Under the pieces are notes generated by a model, which saw only the letters and a program-made list of their open reading frames with translations, had not been told where the DNA came from and searched no databases. A stretch of DNA of 64,000 nt, from the NCBI GenBank assembly GCA_000708835.1, contig DF236982.1:62001-126000 (forward strand), in the 5' to 3' direction. The translations under genes were made by a program, and so were the position numbers. Positions 56,565 through 64,000 of this stretch are shown here, piece by piece. This DNA comes from Klebsormidium nitens (lineage: Eukaryota > Plantae > Klebsormidiophyceae). The number at the start of each line of letters is the position of its first letter. Within the stretch, counting starts at the first letter, position 1.

Positions 56565-59500
56565 ATGCCAGGTCTCATCTCAGCTCGCAGCATTGGGTCG
56601 CGCGACCTGGCGGCGTCCGTCAATGGCACAGACGGATTGGGTGAGGGCCTGGACAAGCTCGGAGCAAAATACAGGGGCCGGCGCCGGGCCCTCCTTGTGG
56701 CTGTGAACTACGTACAATCTGACCGTGGGGTGCCGCGCCTCTATGGGTGCACGAAGGACGTGGAGTTGGCGCGTGAGCTGCTGACGAGTGTGTATGGCTT
56801 TGAGGAAAGCGACATTATGGTGAGCACCATGGATGTCTGCTCTTATCCAGGGGAAGCTGTGGCGTGTGTAAGAAAGATGAAGGTCAAGAATCTTGAGCTG
56901 GTGCAACGGCAGCAAACACTATTCTCGAGTCTGAAGACTGATTCCATCAAAGTTGGCGGCGGCGTCGCCCAATATCCTAGCAAGTGTTTGGTATTGAAGA
57001 GGAGCCTGAGGGCTGAGGGATCCTTGTTGTGAGTGCTTGCATTGGCCTGGCTGCTGGCAATGAGCAGCCAATTACGAGCTCAAAAGCTAGCTCAAAATGC
57101 CATGCCTGTAAGTCTTGGGGGTTGCAGGCTGCTGAATTGAGGGTTCTGCAAATGCATTGAGGCTCCCTAAAGGAAGCCAGTGAAGACCAGCAGATGGCAC
57201 TTAGTGCAGTCTGGCCTGCAGTATGGAGCTGCACTCCAGCTCGCTGGAGACTTGTCGAGGCTTGCAGCACTGTTTATCCTGGTTCTAGGGTATTTTCACC
57301 CATGAACACAAAGAAGGAGTGGTTTACATTCAAAGCTAGTCTGAGCATAAATAGATGCAGTCTCACCACATTGTCCTGTTTGAAGGATGCTCAGCTGGGT
57401 GTTGGAAGGAGCACCGTTCTCAGCAATGAGTGCAGCTCAAAACGCTGGTGAAGCAGTCAAGCAGTGCTTTGAAGATACAAACGTGTGTTACCTCCTGTAA
57501 CGCTGCAGGTGTTGGCAGATGCGGGCCCCTTCTCGCGGCCGCATGCGCTGCCAACAAAAACCAACATAGTGCAGTACCTGAACCAGCTCGTTGAAGAGAG
57601 CGAGGAAGGTGACACTGCATACTTCCACTATAGGTGAGTTCTCGACCAGAAGATGGGAATGTGAAGAGGGGAGGATAAGGGCCCTGAGCTCGTGAGAGAC
57701 ACATAAGAAGGAAGCCACAGGAGAGCAATCCTGCTTGAAAATGGATGGAACTTCCAGGCGAACAGTTGACTGTAATCATACTTATAGAAGCTCCATTGGG
57801 AAGTTGCTTGCTATCACAATTGGTGCACCCAGGTTCTGCAGATTACAGCACCTGTGCAAAAGAAGAGTCTCATTGATACAAGGCTGCTATTGTCGTGCAT
57901 TTCCATCCCACGGTGTCAAAGCAGGGGTTATGACTTCGCCGTTTTAATGGTATATGTGCAACATTGTCTGTGCCTCAAATGTGTGGTGATGTTGCAACCG
58001 TTTGGCTTGGCTGACTTCAACTTGCACCCTGTGGTATTTTTGCTCTCAGATTCTGACACAGCTTTTTTTCTCCGGATCTGCAGTGGCCATGGCGCTCAGG
58101 TAGGGCCTCTTACCTACAAACATTTCACTTGGAACGAAACCGCAGTCACCATGTTGATATGCATGCAAGCATTAGGCATGCATCCGTGCTAACTGCATGT
58201 GACATCTGATGCTGTGCGAGTTAGCCTGGTCTCCTTGCTTCACAAGAGAAAGGTTTGTATGGATTCTCAAACCACGCAGGTTCCTTTACTCTTATTAGCA
58301 ATGGACCTGCCAGCATTCTTTTCGCCAAGTAGTGTTCCAGCTTAAATTTGCTCGCATTGACGACTCTGCTTGGACACAACCAGATTCCTGAGCGGATCAT
58401 ACAAAGCCTGTCAAAATCTCGGTTCCAAAGTTCAAAGCCTCAGCAGTCAGCATTCAGGCATTTTTCAAGTTGCTTCTCTTGCAAGCGTCTTAATCTGACT
58501 GGTAGCTCCTTTTGGTCCAGCATTATTGGCCACAGCAGCAGCACAGCCTTGACAGTTGTGTTGCAGATTGAAGAGTCTTCGAGCAATCCACTTTGATCTG
58601 ACGCAGGAAGCTTGTCTTTTGCAGCTTCAGCGAGAGCACAACCTTCAGACCTAGATTTTGCAGCATTTGAATAAACCCGCAACTTATTGTGATGCAGGCT
58701 CCAGACTCAACCGGCAAAGAATGGGACGGGCTGATGGAGGTCCTGTGCCCTTCGGACATGACGGTGTCCGGACCGGACGGCTTCGACAACTACATCGGAC
58801 AGGAGGAGTTCAAGGACCTCATTCTCAACTTCCGCCGGGGGGTGTGGGGTGTGGTCGTTCTAGACTGCTGCCACTCAGGGGACGACTCTCCGGGTAACTC
58901 GCTGCTCTCTTTGTCGACAGATGTCTTGTTTTTTTTTTGCCCGGTTGTCTGAGTCTTGCTCAGCAAAGAATCACTGGCTACGTATCAGCATGTGAAGCGT
59001 TGCCTTTAGTCTGGTCTCAAAGCTGGGAAAAGGGACACCTGATGTGAGGTTTGGAGTGTCAGAAGGACTTGCAGAGCTCCGTGTCTCGTTGTGAAAAGGT
59101 GTTGGACATAAAAGGGGAATATAAAGATATACGAAAGGATGACAGATTGGTTTAAAAGAACAACGGTGCTTGTCTCTCCTGCCTTTGCTTCGTGTCACTT
59201 GCAAGGTCTCTGCAACTCTATCTATGCATTCTCTGCACCTGTCCTGGCCTTTAGGTTGCAGCATAGAAGAATGCTCCAAACGTTAGCTTCGCTTCCATGT
59301 GGCCAGCCGTCCAATGTTTCCGATCATCTTGATGTTGTTGCCTGTCCGGGCCGCGATCTAAACGACGTCATCCAAACTGCTCTAAGGCTGAACTCGAAGC
59401 GTACTCGTTCGCCTCCAGGTTCCGGTTCCGGTCATCGCGGGCTTCCGGAGGAGTCCGAAGACTCCCCGCCCTTCCGCAACCGGAAAATCAACTTCATGTC

Positions 59501-62500
59501 TCCAAGCGAGCAGGGAGGCTTGACCCGTGGCCCTGACGCCCCTTTTGGATCCAACTCCCAATCGGCGGGCCTTCTAGACGCGCCGGGCGACGTCGCTGAG
59601 ATTCCGGTCATGTGGTCCGCTTGCGGGTGAGACCAGTACGGACTTTGCAGAACCTTGCAACGTTGGTAAAACCTGTTTCTGAATGCAGAATCAGGACTGT
59701 GTGGTAAGTTGGTTTGAGAGGAACCGCTATCTGCGTGATGCGAGCCGTTCCAAATGTGCTTTCTGCTTTCGTCATCGTCCCACTTGCCTCGGCATCCAAT
59801 ACTGTAACGCCCAACCCATCAATGGCGCACCCAGAGCTGTTTACCTTTCCACTTGCATCGGGGTGTGTTGATTCACATTTTGAGAGCAGTCGGAGAAACA
59901 TCCATTTGTAGCACACCGCAAGCAATCAGTTGGATTCTAGACAACTTAAGAGGCCCAACTTGTAACAGGACAAATACTTGCCTTGAACGGGTGTGGTTAA
60001 TAAGTTGATTTTGATGGGCACCAATGCGGAGCAGGCACTTTTCTGGGGTTGCCTTCTGAGTTCGAACTTCTTTCTCATTATCACTTGAGCTTGTATGATT
60101 ATCATCGAGACTCATTAAAAATCACCCCCCTGGCAGGGAGTCTCAGACGAGCGCCGACGCGAACATCAACGGCGGCCCCGTGGGAGCGTTCAGCCACTTC
60201 TTCTACGGGACGCTCCTCGCTGCCGGGGGGGACACCGCCCGCCTCTCTGACGTCATGAATGCCGTCAAGGGGGGCCTGAAGAAGGGCCGGTTCACACAAC
60301 GCCCCATCTTCAAACTGAAACACGGAAGTGGTCGGGAGGTCCTACCGCTCGTCCCCCCCCCGGGAGGAAGCTTCACCCGGCGCGCTCTCCCGCGTGTCCT
60401 GTCAACGGCGAACCCGAGCACGGTGACGTCACGTCGTGACGACAGCCCCTTGGGAGAGGTGGACACGACGGCGGTGGTGCGCAAGCTCGAGGCGCAGAGC
60501 GGGTTGGCGCCCGAGGACTTGCAGGTTTTGGAAAATCCACCGAACGGAAAACGTCGGGAGCCGATACTGGAGTGGAAGACAGGTGTGGCGCCGCCAGGGG
60601 CCAGTGGAGAAAAGGACGCCCCGCCAGGGGCGGCGCTTGACTGGGACGCCTCTCAGGTACGCTCGCGTTGCTCTCGCAGATTTTAAGGCTCTAATCTCAA
60701 CCATCACAACACGCCTGCCCCGACCCGTACCGAGCGAGCGCTGAAACTGGAAGTGTCTCAGGCGGAACAGTTGACCAGAAGCAATTGAATACACGTCAGC
60801 GACGAATGATGCTCCCTGTACAAACGCTGATTCCAACATTTGTCTCAGAAGTTTGCACTCGGGCAATATGATGGTCCAGTACACTTTGCTGGACCAGAGA
60901 GCTCCTTCATCGGAAGCGATTCTCCTGCCCCGTAGGGCATCTTATCGTTAAACATGTCCGGTTCGAGAAGCAGAGAAGCGGTTTCCATCTTCTCAGCAAA
61001 AAGGATCTACGCACAACCAAACCAATATTCGGAACGTTCTTCCAGATCTACGCTCGGGCGCTCGCGGCCGGAGGGTTTAAGGGTTTAAGGGCGGCCGCCC
61101 AGCTGGCGGGCGACGCGGCTCTGCTCGAGATCCTCAGCCGGGGGGCCTTTCGACGGCTGTCAACGGACACCGTCCGCGACCCCGCCAGCGCGGACTTCAC
61201 GCCGCGGGGGGTCCCTGTAGACCTGCTGGAGACCCCCCCGGGAGACGGCATGGCGGCGGAGCGGGTCAGCGCATATCTGCAGGTGAGAGGGGCGCCCTTT
61301 CCGGGCCGTTTGCCAAAATGCCTAGCTTCGAAAGATTCTTAGATGTTCTCGAGAAAGAGTGGGCGTGTTCCAAGATGAACGTGAGGATATGGTTTAGGAG
61401 ATCACAGAAGGAGTTAGCGTTTCCAGTAATTTGCTGGCTATTGTCGGCCTTGGATTCACAAACAACCGGTTGGAGGATATTCACTTCGAGAAATCTTTCA
61501 ATTCTGCATACAACATCTGGCCATTCTGATCCGGCCAGAACTTTTTCATTCCTGATCAGTTCTGCACAGCAGTATACAAACAATCGACGTTCGCAGAGGT
61601 GATGTGCTTTTTGCCTCCCCACATGGAAGCTGTCTCTAATTTTTCTCCCTCACGCTTCGTTTCAACAGAGAGTGCTCGCCGCGGTCCCCGGCGCAAGCGG
61701 CTCCCTCGACCAGGCACGTGCCGTCCTCTGGGAAGAACTTCGCCGTCTCGGGGGGGAGGCCTGCGTGGCTGCCGGCACTCCTGCGCTCGACACCCCCGCC
61801 AAAGACTCGCCCGACATCAACTCCACTTACGCTGCGATCTACTCACTGATCGCCCCGCTAAACAACCCCATGCTAGTTCGTTCCGCTCTGGGCGTTGTTA
61901 CGGGGCTCGCATACGACCTCGACTTCTGGGACGCGTATGACGCCGCGACAGCGGGGAGACCGCCGCCCGCGGACGTTCCGGCGGAGATCCGGCCGGTCGG
62001 GTCAGCGAACGACGGAAGGGGCGACGGTACGGCGGCCGGATCGCCGACCGGTTTTGCGAACGGATCCGTCGACGGAAACGCTTTGGCGACCAGAATGACC
62101 GCCGGAAGGAAGATTACCAACCCGCCCCCGTTTCTCGCCTGGGACGAGGAACTGGGTGCGAAGGTGGCGGCGTATAATGACTTCGTCGCTAAGTATGCTG
62201 GGTGAGGCTTCGTTCTAGACACCCCGTACTGCATAGATAGACTGATTGATCTTCCTTTCGAGCGTTGTTGCCTTTCCAATCGCTACTGTTAGAGATTCGA
62301 GTTTCGGTACCGTCCACGTGTTGGACTTTAAAATAACGCGACTGTCATAGCTCCACCACTCGCGCTTTCTCTTCCATATGCTCTCGGTTGATGCCCTTCA
62401 AGTCCACGGTGAAAACAAGTTCACTCCTTGACGCCCCGCTGAGAATTGATTGAAATCCCCAGTTATGTCTTCTACAGCTCAGAAGCAAACTGATTGGACA

Positions 62501-64000
62501 GTCAGCCCCTGACAGATTTTGACTGTAACAACCCCTTTTCCGAGTCCGAGCATCAGGTTGAAAAGAGTCTCTCGAGCATCAGTACGGGTATGCTGCAGAG
62601 ACAAAAAGTTTTAAAACTATTTTTTGCCCAACCGCGTTCTTTGAGCTCACCATGACTCACGTCGTCACCACTTTAAGCTGACAATTGCGGTCGTTTGTGT
62701 TCCCAGTGAGATCGACGAAGACGCCGCCCGCCGTTCTCTCGTTGCCTCCCTGATCGCCGAGAAAGGCGGCGCGGGGCTCTGGTTCGGCGAGATCATGGGC
62801 CGCACCGCCGTCCCCCCCTGGGAACCTTCCACGGGGACCGACCAGATGCGCACGCTGGGTTCTAACGTGGGAACCCCCGTCGTAGGACTGGTCGGAGAAC
62901 ACCCCCGGGAGAAACAACTGCTGGGGACGATGCTCGCGCTCACCGGGAGCATCCAGGGCGTGCAGGTCGGTTGACCGTTCCATTCTCCGTTGCGGTTTTT
63001 CCTTTGCGGCATGAGGTCGGACAGATTGCTGATTTTGTCGTCTGCCTGTTCGTTTGCGTTGGGTTTTGTTGAGTGGAAAGATTCCTCTTGCGAGTAGAGA
63101 CTGCTGCCATCGATGGGAATACACGGGCGGTGGGAAAGGTCGAACAAGACAACGTACGCTCAGGCAACAGATCCAAGAATGTATGGTCGACCGAAAATGT
63201 TGATCTTCGTACTGTTGGAGAAGCAACCGCGGAGTATCTTCGTAGCCGCTTTGAGGTGTGCATCAGAGCCGTCAAATGCAATAATCAGCTCCCACATCAA
63301 CCTCGCGTCGAAACAGCTGCTACTTGTTTCTGCAACGCTCCGGTTAACCTCCGCGGACTGTTTCGGAAGCTTTCAGGCGCTTCGTAGCTCTCCCAAGAAG
63401 ATTGACAGCTTGAGAAGCGGCCCTCGACTCTCAAAACCTTCCAAGCATTTCTATCGAGTTATTTTGATCTGGATTCTGCCGCCATCCTAATGCGTGTATT
63501 AGATGCTTCCTCTTCGTCAAAATGAGGATCAGCATCCTTTCTCGACCCTGAACTTCCTTGACCCGTCGTCCCCCCACAGGTGGGCCTGGACATCGCCCAC
63601 GCCGCCCGCTTGGGGTCCCTCACCGAGCCCGACCGCCAGCGGCATTTCGGTTCGCTCCTGGCCCTCTGCCGGCCCGAGGCAAGCTCCCGGGAGCTGCTGT
63701 CCGCCACGTGGCAGCTCATTGGCCTTGAGGTCTTCCTTCGGACGCCCGGAGGCGCGTCCGGCAGCTCCCCCCACCGCTGGAACGGCGACACCGTGGCGGG
63801 GCTGGTCGCGTACGTGAGCGCCGCGTCCGGAAATTCGGACGCGGGGGACGCGGCGTCCGAGCTCGTCCGGGCGACGATCAGACGGGACGAAGAAGACGAG
63901 TCTGCGCTGGCGGCGGACTTGTACGGACTGGCGGGGCCGCTCGGGTGGGAGGTCGCGCAGCAGATTGGCGCGCTGTCGGTTGGCACGCGGGGGGGGTCGG
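56565..64000 (+). CDS. Atypical metacaspase (peptidase C14B) with a C-terminal extension of at least ~590 aa; 3' end lies outside the window
   Basis: Exons 56565-56819, 57509-57633, 58084-58099, 58698-58893, 59419-59626, 60137-60656, 61046-61282, 61669-62201, 62707-62965, 63580->64000; all junction phases match. Motifs: RALLVAVNY, LYGCTKDV, YFHYSGHG (catalytic His), EVLCPSD, LDCCHSG (catalytic Cys), SACGESQTSAD, GAFSHFF. An upstream exon is possible because the ATG sits in acceptor-like context. Confidence 0.88.

Noticed and set aside
61073-61090. agggtttaagggtttaaggg, telomere-like
   Set aside because: Only two imperfect units, and they encode GGFKGLR inside an exon.
62203-62205. TGA as the metacaspase stop codon (ORF 61672..62205)
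   Set aside because: It overlaps a consensus donor (GG|GTGAGG) whose phase matches the acceptor at 62707, and the open GC-rich exons continue to the window end.
62657-63986. Minus-strand ORFs (62657..63226, 62665..63147, 63459..63986) as a separate gene
   Set aside because: They are antisense shadows of GC-rich + strand exons that have proper splice sites, and they show no recognisable motifs.

Overview
Intron-rich eukaryotic nuclear DNA with GC-rich exons and GT(R/A)NG-type donors. The gene content (B12D-like, plant-type O-fucosyltransferase, SnRK1-like) suggests a streptophyte alga such as Klebsormidium; the organism is inferred, not shown. I reconstructed eight multi-exon genes by hand from splice sites and phase: two tandem B12D/NDUFA4-like paralogs (-), CTU1 (-) head-to-head with cytosolic valyl-tRNA synthetase (+), an O-fucosyltransferase (-) head-to-head with an ~1060-aa SnRK1-alpha-like kinase (+), and an uncharacterised ~675-aa Gly/Ala-rich helical-repeat gene (-) head-to-head with an atypical metacaspase (+, runs off the window). 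Two observations stand out. (1) The metacaspase has a C-terminal tail of at least ~590 aa that shares a motif (LAAxGGxxGLxAAAxLxGDxxL) with the divergently transcribed neighbour. That neighbour carries about four copies of the motif and R|GL sites in front of amphipathic or Gly-zipper segments, making this a candidate protease plus adaptor/substrate pair. (2) Introns of five genes contain decayed tandem copies of the adjacent splice site plus part of the exon ('exon echoes'). Also present are GTAC-dense intergenic blocks, a MITE-like element, a decayed tRNA-like foldback, a 16-nt catalytic microexon and two GC-AG introns. All gene models, counts and alignments were done by eye, with no database search.
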